A stretch of DNA of 64,000 nucleotides from Mobula hypostoma (Eukaryota): positions 20,214,001-20,278,000 of the forward strand of contig NC_086097.1 of the NCBI RefSeq assembly GCF_963921235.1, read 5' to 3'. The position numbers were made by a program, and so were the translations under genes. The notes under the pieces were generated by a model. That model had not been told where the DNA came from. It saw only the letters and a list, made by a program, of their open reading frames with translations, and did not search any database. This document shows, one piece after another, positions 37,891 to 49,529 of the stretch (its first letter is position 1; each line of letters begins with the position of its first letter).

Positions 37891-39157
37891 AAGACCATAA
37901 GATTTGGGAGCAGAAGTAAGCCATTCAGCCCATCGAGTCTGCTCCGCCATTTAATCATGGACTGATCCAATTCTTCCAGTCATCCCCACTCCCCTGCCTT
38001 CTCCCCAAACCCTTTGATGCCCTGGCTAATCAAGAATCTATCTATCTCTGCCTTAAATGCACCCAATGACTTGGCCTCCACAGCTGCTTGTGGCAACAAA
38101 TTCCACAGATTAACCACCCTCTGACTGAAGTATTTTTTCTGCATCTCTGTTCTAAATGGACGTCCTTCAATCCTGGACTCCCTACCATAGGAAATAACTT
38201 TGCCATATCTAATCTGTTCAGGCCTTTTAATATTCAGAATGTTTTGTATGAGATACCCCCTCATTCTCCTGAACTCCAGGGAATACAGCCCAAGAGCTGC
38301 CAGATGTTCCTCATGTGGTAACCCTTTCATTCCTGGAATCATTCTCGTGAATCTTCTCTGAACTCTCTCTGTCATGTACCCCATGACGGGTTAAAGAACC
38401 AGCGGAAGTGGAAAACACTTTGGGGTCCAGTATTGCTATTAACTAATGGTACTTATTAGTAACTACACAATACAGTAATATTAATGCAGATAAATCAAAC
38501 AGGTTAGCAATGATTATATGTAAGTAAGTGTGGAAATATATGAAAACCAAGCTTCTTCAAGTCTAGGGGTAAATAGATAGTCTTACAAAGATGAGTAAAG
38601 TTCAGTTCAGTTTGTGGTATTGAGTTGAGTAGTGATAGAGGTGGGGGGGGGAGAGATTTGAGTCTTCAGGTGAGCTGACACCATAGATCTTCCCGTTGTC
38701 CTCCGAAATCCTTTAGAAGTCACCGACTGTGACCACAACAAAGGGGACCATTCTTCTGTGGTGGAATTATCAACCCAGGCAAGGGTTGGACACATGAATA
38801 ATTTCCCACCGGTCACACCCTTTTTACACTGCAAGAGCCACTGATTGATCCGCCTGATCGATCCTCTAAAACCCGCTTTTCCTGTGGGCACCACAAAGCT
38901 CATTCAGTGTCCAAACCATGTGTCTGTAGGTCTAACAGCTGACTTCTATTTATCTCACCGTGCTGAACACCAACTGTCCATCAAGCAGCTCCTCCCTTCT
39001 CTCTCTGTAAGAACTTGGAAGCTGCTAGTGTTCTTGCAAAAGTGTGAACATGCTGCCGAAAAACCATAACACCATCTCAAAGCAGTCTCTCCCTCTCCCC
39101 CTCTTTTAAAAACACAGTTTAGAGGGGTAATTCAGGACCCCATCACATCTCCAATGT
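37891..39157 (-). mobile_element. Younger CR1 3' end nested in the inverted CR1
   Basis: ERVQRRFTRMIPG...FSQRVVNLWN; (TCTTATGG)-type tail; TACTT direct repeat at 37886-37890 and 39158-39162. Confidence 0.85.
38370..39147. mobile_element. Solo LTR (778 bp), gypsy-like 4 bp TSD
   Basis: TGT...ACA termini; TCTC direct repeat (38366-38369, 39148-39151); flanks rejoin to CR1 sequence GAACTCTCTCCAATG. Confidence 0.82.
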
Positions 39158-40400
39158 TACTTCTACAATCTGTTGAACCCACACCCCCACTATTTAACTT
39201 AAAGCCCTATCCACAGCCCTGATATGCAATTCGCTATGATCCAGGTCCCATCACGGTTCAGGTGGAGCCTGTCCCATTGGTACAGATCCCTCCTTCCCCA
39301 GTACTGGTGCCAATTTCCCATGAATTCAAACCCACTTCTCCCACTCCAATCCTTGAGCCATGCATTTAACTCTCTAATCTTCTTGACCCTATGACAATTT
39401 GCACGTGGCTCAGGTAGTAACCCAGAGATAATTACCTTTTTGGTTCTGCTTTTTAATTTAATCCTGAGCTGCTCAAATTCCCTCAGCAGAATCTCTTTCT
39501 TCATTCTACCCATGTTGGTTTGGTACCAACATGGACCAAGACAACTGGATCTTTTCCCTCCCACTACAAATTCCTCTGCAGGTCATATAAGATGTCCTGA
39601 ACCCAGGCACCAGGCAGCCAGCACAGCCTTTGGGACGCTTTATCCTCACGACAGAGAACTCTGTCTATTCCCCTGACTATACTATCCCCAATTACCACTA
39701 TGTTTCTCTTCTCTCCCGCCTCAGGAATGGCTTCCTGAACTATGGTGCCACAGTTAGGTTGCTCATCCTTCCTACAGCCCCCACTCTCATCCACACAGGG
39801 AGCAAAAATCTCAGACCTGTTAGACAGGTTCAAGGGCCTAGGCTCCTCCAGCACTGTCTCTTGGATCCCACTACCCGCCTCATTCGCGGTCACGCCCTCT
39901 TGTCCCTGACCACAGACCAAATTTGAGGCAGCTAATCTAATGGGTGTGACTGCCTCCTGAAACAGAGAATTCAGTTAACTCTCCCCCCTGATGTACCACA
40001 GTGTTTGAAGCTCAGATCCCAGGTTATCAACTTTGAGCCTGAGTTCCTCGAGCAGCCAACACTTGCTGCAGATGTGGTCACCAGGAACCACAATGGGTCC
40101 ACCAGCTTTCACACCATACAGCTACAGCACATCACCTGATCCTGTATCACCACTACTTTATTTAATTAGCTGTAATTTAATGACTTTTTATTCAACCACT
40201 ACAAAAGCCTGACCTGCTACTTGCCTGTGCCTCCTCGCCAAAGCCTCAAGTTCCCACTGCTACACTGGTCCACTCACACGATGGCTGCTTGCTTTGACCC
40301 TGCTTCACTTCTATTTGCTCCTGCTAATGAATCGCGAATTGATTGGTCCACGCTAATGCGCCGAGCCCCGCGAAACACTACTTTTTAAACTCTTCCCAAC

Positions 40401-42751
40401 GAGTTTCTCATACAAATGAAGGTGCAATAGTTCGATCTAAAACCAGTGTATTATGCCTAAAACAGTGGAGACTACAATGGGATGAGGGAGGATTTGGCTA
40501 GTGTAGACTGGGAACATGGGCTGTATGGTGGTATGGCTGAGGAACAATGGAAGACTTTCAAAGCCGTTTTTCTCGGTGCTCAGTAAAAATATATTCCAGT
40601 TAAAAGCAAGGACAGTAAGGGAGGGGAGAGCCAGCCTTGGATAACTAAGGAAATAAAAAAAAGGTATCAAACTAAAAGCTCAGGCATACAAAATCACCAA
40701 GAAGAGTGAGGAAACTGGAAATTGGGAAAACTGTAAAAAGCAACAAACTACCAGTAAGCGAGCAATAAAGAAAGGGAAGCTGGAAAATAAACTAGCACAA
40801 ATTATAAAATTGGATAGTAAAAGTTTTTTTTTATTAAGTGCAATCATGAGCAATAGCCAGATCAGAAATGCTGATCAAGTCAACTAGTTCCCAAAGAGAA
40901 TTCTGAAAGGCCAATCAGATGGTTCACTGCTGCTCAGCAATAGAACCATAATATTATAATTATATAAACCAGGAAAGGGTGGCTGAAGTGAATATAGGTA
41001 CCTGGGAGGACAAGAAGGGGTTATTGAGATTGGGTAATGAGGAAACAGCTGAAGCTCTGTGTTACTATTCTGTGTCAGTCTTCATGGTGGAGGACACATC
41101 TAACATACCAAAGATAGATGTTATGGATGCAATGAGAGGTGAGGACCTTGGAAAAAAATAGCTATCACTGAAGTGGTAGTGCTGAATAAATTTATGGTCC
41201 TGAAGACAGACAAGTCCCCAGGTCCTGATGAAATGCATCCCAAGGTATTGAAAGAAATGGCAGAAGTTATAGTAGAGGCTTTTGTGATAATTTACCAAAA
41301 TTCTCTGGACTCTGGGCAGGTTCCAGTGGATTGGAAGACGGCAAATGACACGCCACTGTTCAAAAAAAGGATTTAGGCAAAAGGCAGGTATCTATAGGCC
41401 AGTTAGATTAACATCTGTAGTTGGGAAAATGCTTGAAGCTATCATTAAAGAAGAAATAGTGAGACATCTGGAAAGAAATAGATCCATCAGGCAGACACAG
41501 CATGGATTCAGCAAAGGCAGGTCCTGTTTGACAAACTTACTGGAGTTCTTTGAGTATAAAAGGAGTGCAGTGAATAGAGGGGAACAGATGGATGTTGTTT
41601 ATTTGGATTTCCAGAAGGCATTCGATAAGGTGAGGCTTAAAAGACTTATCCATAAGGATGCATAGAGCTGGGGGTGATGTATTAGCATGGATCAGGAATT
41701 GGTTAACTAACAGAAAACAGAGTTGGGATACATGAGTGTTACTCTGGTTGGCAATCACTGGTGAGCAGTGAGTTGCAAGGGTCAGTTCTGGGCCCACAAC
41801 TTTTAGTGTTTTCATACAATAACAATCTGGAAATGGGAATTGAGTGGAGTGTATTTAAGTTTTCTGATGATACTAAATTGAGTAGAAAAGCAAATTGTGC
41901 GGAAGATACGGAGAGTCTGCAGGAATAGGTTAAGTGAGTGGGCAAGGATCTGGCAGATGGAGTACAAAATTGGTAAATGTGAGGTCATCCATTTTGGAAG
42001 GGAAAATGAAAGAGCAGATGATTATTTAAATGGTAAAAAATTGCAGCATGCTGCTGTGCAGAGGGACTTGGGAGTCTTGTGCATGAATCACAAAAGGTTG
42101 ATTTGTGGCTGTAGCAGGTTATCAAGAAGGCAAATGGAATGTTGGCCTTCATTGCTAGAGGGATTGAAGTTAAGAGCAGGGAGGTTATGCCCCACCTGTA
42201 GAACTGCGTGCAGTTCTGGTCTCCTTACTTGAAGGATATGCTGGCTTTGGAGGCAGTGCAGAGGAGGTTCACCAGATTGATTCCAGAGAAGAAGTGGTTA
42301 GACTATGAGGAGAGATTGAGTCACCTGGGACTCTACTTGCCAGAATTCAGAAGGATGAGAGGAGATCTTATAGAAACATAAAATTATGAAAGGGATAGAT
42401 AAGACAGAGGCAGGAAAGCTGTTTCCACTGGTAGGTGAAAGTAGAACTAAGGGACACAGCCTTGAGATTCAGGGGAGTAGATTTAGGATGGAGATGAGGA
42501 GGAACTTCTTTTCCCAGAGAGTGGTGAGTCTGTGGAATTTTCTGCCTAATGAAGCAGTGGAGGCTACCTCAGTAAATATATTTAAAACAAGATTGGGTAG
42601 ATTTTTGCATAATAAGGGAATTAACAGTTATGGGGAAAAGGCAGATAGTTGGAGATAAGTCCATGGCCAGATCAGCCATGAATCTTACTGAATAGCGGAG
42701 CAGGCTCGATGGGCCAGATGGCCTACTCTTGTTCCTATTTCTTATGTTCTT
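40401..42751 (+). mobile_element. 3' half of the same CR1 (tether, RT, 3' UTR), degraded
   Basis: Begins EFLIQM; KSPGPD.MHP.VLKE, YRPV.LTSVVGK, DFQKAFDKV, KFSDDTKL; tail TTCTTATGTTCTT. Confidence 0.88.
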
Positions 42752-42824
42752 GTGAAAAGTTTGTGTAGTACCTGTTTTTGTTTGTTGTATTACACATTGT
42801 TTTCTTCTGAATTGTCCTGTGCAG

Positions 42825-43235
42825 TCCCTCAGCCATTCAATATGACGATGCGGGAGAGTCAGAAGAATACAGAGGTTCTCAGATCAAGGCTGATGATGGA
42901 AGTGGAGAAACAGCTGGTGGAGAAATGGCAGCAGGAAGAGGCAGAATGCCAGAAGAAATTCCGAGCCCTCCCTGTGCCCGGTCACGTTTACTTGCAACTT
43001 TATGATGAAATCAATGAACGGAATGAAGAGAAGAGAAAGAAAGAAACAGAGAAACGGCAAGAATATCTGCTGTCCACACAGAAACCATTTAGCTTCACAA
43101 AGAAGGAAGAAAGGAGGAAAGAAAAGTTGAAACAACAACTCTGTGCCGTGGTTCCAGAAACAGGAAGGACAGTAAAACGGATGAAGAAAATTCCACGTTC
43201 TGTCCAGGACCCATCAGTGAGTGAGAAACTCAAAG
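42825..43235 (+). CDS. FAM161B: FAM161B coding exon 4 (UPF0564 domain)
   Basis: (V)PQPFNMTMRE...EEAECQKKFRALPVPGHVYLQLY...LLSTQKPFSF, FAM161 hallmark motifs; cag acceptor, G|GTAAAC donor; 411 bp. Confidence 0.93.
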
Positions 43236-43889
43236 GTAAACTGAATAACTAATTGCACCATGTGTTTGTTGTGCAGGAGCATTCTGATCATGTTTTTTTT
43301 TAAATTCAGAAAGAATTCCATATGGCACAGAATATCTCCAAGTGAGACAGTAACATAATCTCTGGCATCTGTCTATCTGATGAAAAATAGGAGCTGACCT
43401 GAACACATGCATTCAAAGAACCAATAGCAAGGAATGCATTTTTTTTCCTCCTGCCCTTGTTCAGTCTGTGTCTTTTTCAGTTTATAACATAACTGAAAAT
43501 TGGAAACTTGCAACGTGAGAAATCTCAAATAGCAAGCCAGCACGTAAGTCGTGTGTTACATAGCTGCCAAAAATCACCACATCTAGCAGCACGTTAATTA
43601 ATTAACTTTTAAACTTCACTGCTGACATATGTAATGGGTGCTTTGATACATTCTTGTGAGTCTCAAAATAGATTGTGGTAACGGTCAGACAACTGTCTCT
43701 GACAAGAGTGCAGACCACTGCTTAGCAACTCAGCATAATAAGCAGCTGAGATTCAAATAATGCAGTGGTTGGCCTGAACTGCTGTTGACTCTTCCCGTGT
43801 GTCATGGTATAACATATCAATATTACCAATTATATTGGCAAGTATTTTTCTGGTTAATATTGTTTTACAGTAATAGAGAAGAGCTGCTA

Positions 43890-44294
43890 TTCTCATTGTT
43901 GTCATCAGGAATGAGGTACAGGAGTCTCAGGACTCTTACAGTCAGGTTCAGAAACATTTATGACCCCTCAGTCATCAGCCTCTTGAACTAGAGGCGATAA
44001 CTTCACTAGCCCCTTCATTGAACTGTTCCCATAACTGATGGACTCACTTTTAAGGACTCTTCATCCCATGTTCTTGATATTTACTGCTTATTTATTATTA
44101 TTATTTTTCCCCCTGTCTTTTTGTATTTGCCCTGTTTGTTGTATTTTGCAAACTGGTTGTCCACCCTGTTGGTGCAGTCTTACATTGATTCTATTATGGG
44201 CAATGGATTTACTGAGTATCCCCATAAGAGAATGAATCTCCGGGTTGTATATGGTGACATGTATGTACTTTGATAGTACATTTACTTTGAACTT
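43890..44294 (+). mobile_element. Rex1/Babar-type LINE 3' end abutting the exon 5 acceptor region
   Basis: FSLLSSG.RYRSLRT.T.RFRN...PSVI.LLN peptide; tail TACTTTGAACTT. Confidence 0.65.
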
Positions 44295-44320
44295 ACTTGT
44301 TTTTCTCCTATCCTGTGAAG

Positions 44321-44646
44321 AAGATGAACTTTACAGAAAAATCAGGATTCATATGAGAGCTGAAGATTTGCTCAAAAAGGCTGCAGCACCTATAGACCAT
44401 AAACCGAAAAATCAGGTCACTACTAGCTCGATGAGAGCAAGGCAGGAGAAGCTGAGCTTTCTGGAGGAAAAACCAAAGTTCAAGCCAAGGATAAATCCAG
44501 GAATTCCTGACTATACCAAACTGTACAATGCATTTCAAAGAGGAGCAAGAAAAGAGACAAAGGGGTCAACAAAATGTGTGCCCTTTGAACTGCAAACATC
44601 AAAGTTGCCCCCACGACAAAGCAAAGCCAAGACTATAGTACCAAAG
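44321..44646 (+). CDS. FAM161B: FAM161B coding exon 5
   Basis: (E)DELYRKIRIHMRAEDLL...FKPRINPGIPDY...TKCVPFELQT; aag acceptor, AAG|GTATAT donor; 326 bp, phase 1 to 0. Confidence 0.92.
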
Positions 44647-44899
44647 GTATATCTTTCAAGTATTTTCTGTCTCGTGGGAAGATTTTGTGGGAATTGATCA
44701 TGCCCTTTCAACCATGATGTATTTTGAGAATTCCAAAAATCTCATCCACACTCCAAACCTTAATCTGAAACCACTCAGTAAATTTATTGACCTTCATTTG
44801 TTGGCTCAACCCGATAGCAGATTGTTGACTTGCTTAATAGAATTTTCCTAGATTTTAAACCCACCAATTGCACTACTCTTCCCGGATTTCATCAGATTC

Positions 44900-45640
44900 G
44901 ATTAAACACAGGACAGCAAAGAACTGCTCCTCTGTAATCTGTATTGGGTCCATGAAGTTAATGCTGCTTTGCCTCACTTCTGTAGACTATGTCTGTCTCC
45001 TAAGTAAATACAGGTCCAAAAAAAATCATTTAAGATCTCCCCCATCTCTTTTGGCCCACACATGGAATCTTTCCATTCTAATCTTCCAGAGGACCAATTT
45101 TGTCCCTTACAATCCTTTTGTTCTTAACGTATCTGTAGAATCCCTTAGGATTCTCCTTCACCTTATTTGCTAGGGCAACCTCATGTCGCCCTTTAGTCCT
45201 CCTGATCTCTTTCTTATGTGTTTCATTTGTTGCACTCTACCTCATTTGTTCCTACCTGTCTATACCTGCTATGCACCATCTTTTTTTTTCTTAACAGGAC
45301 CTCAATATCTCTTGAAAACCAAGGTTCCCTACACTTCTTATCTTTACCTTTTATTTTGACAGGCACTTACAAGCTTTTTACTCTCAAAATTTTACTTTTG
45401 AAGGCCAGATAACAGCTCGTCCCAATCCACAGTTGCCAGATTCTTTCTGTTATCATCAAAATTGGCCTTTCTCCAATTTAGAATCTCAACCTGCAGACCA
45501 GGCCTATCTTTTTGCATATTTACTTTGAAACTGATGGCATTGTGACCTCTAGATGCAAAATGTTTCCTTACACAATCTCCTGTCGCCTGCTCCTGTCTCA
45601 TTCCCTAAGAGCAGATCAAGTATCGCACTCTCTCTCATCC
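44900..45640 (-). mobile_element. Degraded CR1 ORF2 fragment
   Basis: Minus strand HFAS.GHNAISFKV.M.KDR....VEILNWRKANF...LATVDW. Confidence 0.65.
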
Positions 45641-45749
45641 AAAGTAATTGCAGAAGAGGGAAGAATGGGAAATATTAAAATTGAAACTTAATACAGGGGT
45701 ATTAATAAAGAAAGATAAGTACGCAACAATATAATTGCTAGACCACAAA

Positions 45750-45926
45750 ATAATCTGCAGATGCTGGGATCAAAGCAACACTCACAACACGCTGGAGGAA
45801 CTCAGCAGGTCAGGCAGCTTCAGTGGAAACGATGAGTCAACGTTCCTGACGAAGGGTTCCGGCCTGAAATGTTGACTCATTGTTTCCACTGATGCTGCCT
45901 GACCTGCTGAGTTCCTCCAGCATGTT
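45750..45926. mobile_element. About 175 bp Penelope-derived hairpin element
   Basis: About 57 bp inverted arms (about 45786-45844 and 45868-45926) with few mismatches around a central core. Confidence 0.8.
45843..45877 (+). ncRNA. Minimal hammerhead ribozyme-like motif (degenerate)
   Basis: CTGACGA-AGGGTTCCGGCCT-GAAA-TGTT-GACT: CUGANGA and GAAA boxes around a short stem II; stem I weak. Confidence 0.5.
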
Positions 45927-46605
45927 GTTAATTGCTATACCATATGGAGTTGGCTGTAGAATATTTTTCCTGCATAGTCCCTTGGAATTGAGAATAACTT
46001 GCTTCCTTCTGTGTTCTGAGATAACTGCTGAGGTCATCATGGGGCATACAGGAAGTGTTATCAAACACAATTGGGTAAATAATTAATGTTCTTCCACTAT
46101 TTACACTGAGGTACCTTGTACTCCTCATTTATGGACCCAGGGTTCTCACTACCATGCTATAACAGCAAAACTGTTGCATTTTTTCATAGAGGCTTTTGAG
46201 CACATCCTCAGATCTTCTTAAAGATGAGCTTTATTTGTCACACGTACATTGAAACATCAAAATATACATACAGCACCTGCAGATTTTCTCTTGTTAGTGA
46301 AATGTGTCGTTTGCATCAATGATCAGCACAGTCTGAGGATGTCCTGGGGATAGCCCACCTTGGTCACCATGCTTCCAGCGACAACATAGCATACCCACAA
46401 CGTATTAACGCTTACACCTGTGGAATGTGAGAGAAACACGGAGCACCCTGAGGAAACTCAAGTGGTGACAAGGAGAACAAATTCCTTGTAGACAGCAACA
46501 GGAATTCAACCTCATTGACTGTGCTAATTGCTTTGCTGCCAGATTTTTTCCCCTCTGTCCAGCAGATAAATCTTTTCCATAGCAAAGCAATATATCCAGA
46601 TATGG

Positions 46606-47780
46606 AAACAACAGGAATTCTGCAGATGCTGGAAATTCAAGCAACACACATCAAAGTTGCTGGTGAACGCAGCAGGCCAGGCAGCATCTGTAGGAAGAGG
46701 TGCAGTCGACGTTTCAGGTCAGGACTAACTGAAGGAAGAGTTAGTAAGGGATTTGAAAACTGGAGGGGGAGGGGGAGATCCAAAATGATAGGAGAAGACA
46801 GGAGGGGGAGGGATAGAGCCGAGAGCTGGACAGGTGATAGGCAAAAGGGGATACGAGAGGATCATGGGACAGGAGGTCCGGGAAGAAAGACAAGGGGGGG
46901 GGTACTCAGAGGATGGGCAAGAGGTATATTCAGAGGGACAGAGGGAGAAAAAGGAGAGTGAGAGAAAGAATGTGTGCATAAAAATGAGTAACAGATGGGG
47001 TACGAGGGGGAGGTGGGGCCTTAGCGGAAGTTAGAGAAGTCGATGTTCATGCCATCAGGTTGGAGGCTACCCAGACGGAATATAAGGTGTTGTTCCTCCA
47101 ACCTGAGTGTGGCTTCATCTTTACAGTATAGGAGGCCGTGGATAGACATGTAAGAATGGGAATGGGATGTTGGAATTAAAATGTGTGGCCACTGGGAGAT
47201 CCTGCTTTCTCTGGCGGACAGAGCGTAGAATGAAACACATTGGAAAGAAAAGGTCCGGGAAGAAAGACGGGGGGCGGGGAAGCCTCCTCTACTGTAAAGA
47301 TGAAGCCACACTCAGGTTGGAGGAACAACACCTTATATTCCGTCTGGGTAGCCTCCAACCTGATGGCATGAACATCGACTTCTCTAACTTCCGCTAAGGC
47401 CCCACCTCCCCCTCGTACCCCATCTGTTACTTATTTTTATGCACACATTCTTTCTCTCACTCTCCTTTTTCTCCCTCTGTCCCTCTGAATATACCTCTTG
47501 CCCATCCTCTGAGTACCCCCCTCTTGTCTTTCTTCCCGGCCCTCCTGTCCCATGATCCTCTCGTATCCCCTTTTGCCAATCACCTGTCCAGCTCTTGGCT
47601 CCATCCCTCCCCCTCCTGTCTTCTCCTATCATTTTGGATCTCCCCCTCCCCCTCCAACTTTCAAATCCCTTACTCACTCTTCCTTCAGTTAGTCCTGACG
47701 AAGGGTCTCGGCCTGAAACCTCGACTGCACCTCTTCCTAGAGATGCTGCCTGGCCTGCTGCGTTCACCAGCAACTTTGAT
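46606..47780. mobile_element. Penelope-like element as a long inverted repeat
   Basis: Arms 46650-47136 and 47282-47780 near identical, each encoding the GIY-YIG C-terminus LLYCKDEATLRLEEQHLIFRLGSLQPDGMNIDFSNFR; TSD ATATCCAGATATGG (46592-46605, 47779-47792). Confidence 0.9.
47691..47726 (+). ncRNA. Minimal type I hammerhead ribozyme-like motif
   Basis: AGTC-CTGACGA-AGGGTCTCGGCCT-GAAA-CCTC-GACT: stem I AGTC/GACT, both conserved boxes, stem II; stem III CG changed to CC. Confidence 0.6.
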
Positions 47781-48149
47781 ATCCAGATATGGTATATTTT
47801 GGTATCTGGGTTCTGTCTACCTGAGCCTGTCTGATACAGGCAGGGAAGAAGATCCTGATATGATTGGTTTATCCTAATGGATTTGGAGGATTTTTCAGAG
47901 GCAATGTTGGTGGTATTTGTCCAGTGCCTGCTTCAGGTAGTCCAAGGCACAGAAGTATGTTGAGGAGCAAGAATCACTGTTGTGTGCAACATCATCAATT
48001 TTTGCTGATACGGAGGCCCTTAATCTTCAATCACCCATTTCCTCACTTGGCTAAAGGCTGTTTTGGTTCACTGTAAACATGAGTGAATTTGATCACAAGA
48101 TATTTTGGGAAAATATGACCCTCATTTTCCATTGTCTTGTTGTGACCCT

Positions 48150-48740
48150 TTATGGCAGAGGGCGATCTTGTACAGTAGAGGTATGTTGGTAGAGAACCTC
48201 TCTTTTGTAGGTGTTGGACATTAGGTGCATCCTCTGATATACTTGTCTGAATGCATCAGCATCGCTTTGGATCTCAGTCTTCAAGTATCTGCAAATCCAG
48301 GCGCTGTCTGTGTATTGCTCAAATTGACTTCTAAGGTTGGAGTGATCTTTGTTCTGGAGTGGAATCAATGAGCATTTTTCAATACTTCTGCAGATCAGTT
48401 CCACTTCAGTGAGAACATTGTTACAGACCACGTACAGAATTACAGCTTTAAAGATTGAAAAGAGCGATGTAGCTCTTCTTGACTTGGTTCTGCTCTCAGA
48501 TTGGTTCTGTTAGACCCTTTTGGTTAGGATCATGGTTTGCACGCTATCAAAATGTACATGCAAGATGGAGATAAAATTCTGTGGTGGCTGAATTTGATGG
48601 AGGAGCTCTTCGACCGAGTTATAGATTTTGATAGAGTTGATAAGTACCGTACACAGATTTTGCTGTAGGTCCGTGCATTTACCCCTAAGGTTGGTGTGTG
48701 ATAAAGATCAAGTTCACTCTGTGTTTAGATGAATAAAACC
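48150..48740 (-). mobile_element. Old RTE-clade LINE RT fragment
   Basis: Degenerate LFSIF, VEL..R, HSRTKITPT, QYTDSA (cf. QYADDA) and EVLYQ in RTE order. Confidence 0.55.
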
Positions 48741-48743
48741 TAC

Positions 48744-49529
48744 ATGTTGGAAGGACAAACCAATGTAGAACATACAGGGTTAATGGTAAGGCACTGAGGA
48801 GTGCAGTGGAACAGAGGGATCTGGGAATACAGATACAAAATTCCCTAAAAGTGTCGTCACAGGTAGATAGGGTCGTAAAGAGAGCTTTTGGTACATTGGC
48901 CTTTATTAATCGATGTATTGAGTATAAGAGCTGGAATGTTATGATGAGGTTGTATAAGGCATTGGTGAGGCCGAATCTGGAGTATTGTGTTCAGTTTTGG
49001 TCACCAAATTACAGGAAGGATATAAATAAGGTTGAAAGAGTGCAGAGAAGGTTTACAAGGATGTTGCCAGGACTTGAGAAACTCAGTTACAGAGAAAGGT
49101 TGAATAGGTTAGGACTTTATTCCCCGGAGCGCAGAAGAATGAGGGGAGATTTGATAGAGGTATATAAAATTATGATGGGTATGGATAGAGTGAATGCAAG
49201 CAGGCTTTTTCCACTGAGGCAAGGAGAGAAAAAAACCAGAGGACATGGGTTTAGGGTGAGGGGTGAAAAGTTTAAAGGGAACATGGGGGGGGGCTTCTTC
49301 ACACAGAGAGTGGTGGGAGTATGGAATGAGCTGCCAGACGAGGTGGTAAATGCGGGTTCTTTTTTAACATTTAAGAATAAATTGGACAGATACATGGATG
49401 GGAGGTGTATGGAGGGATATGGTCCATGTGCAGGTCAGTGGGACTAGGCAGAAAATGGTTCGGCACAGCCAAGGGCCAAAGGGCCTGTTTCTGTGCTGTA
49501 GTTTCTGTGGTTTTTCTATGGTTTTCTAT
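48744..49529 (+). mobile_element. Young CR1 3' end, same subfamily as 20908-22386
   Basis: Open 213 aa ORF2 C-terminus nearly identical to the 21074 ORF; (TTTCTATGG)n-like tail. Confidence 0.92.

Larger units (their letters stand above)
37138..40400 (-). mobile_element. Inverted 5' half of a CR1: 5' UTR, ORF1 (zinc finger plus SGNH esterase) and APE endonuclease
   Basis: ORF1 HICSKC and VVIGDSIVRG...LPGA...DRLHLN; ORF2 start LYLNA.SI, AITQTW, VESIWVE, GDFN, AILDLVL, PLGKSDHSMIE. Confidence 0.85.

Noticed and set aside
46515..47877. Cluster of mirrored ORFs on both strands
   Set aside because: Product of the inverted repeat, not genes
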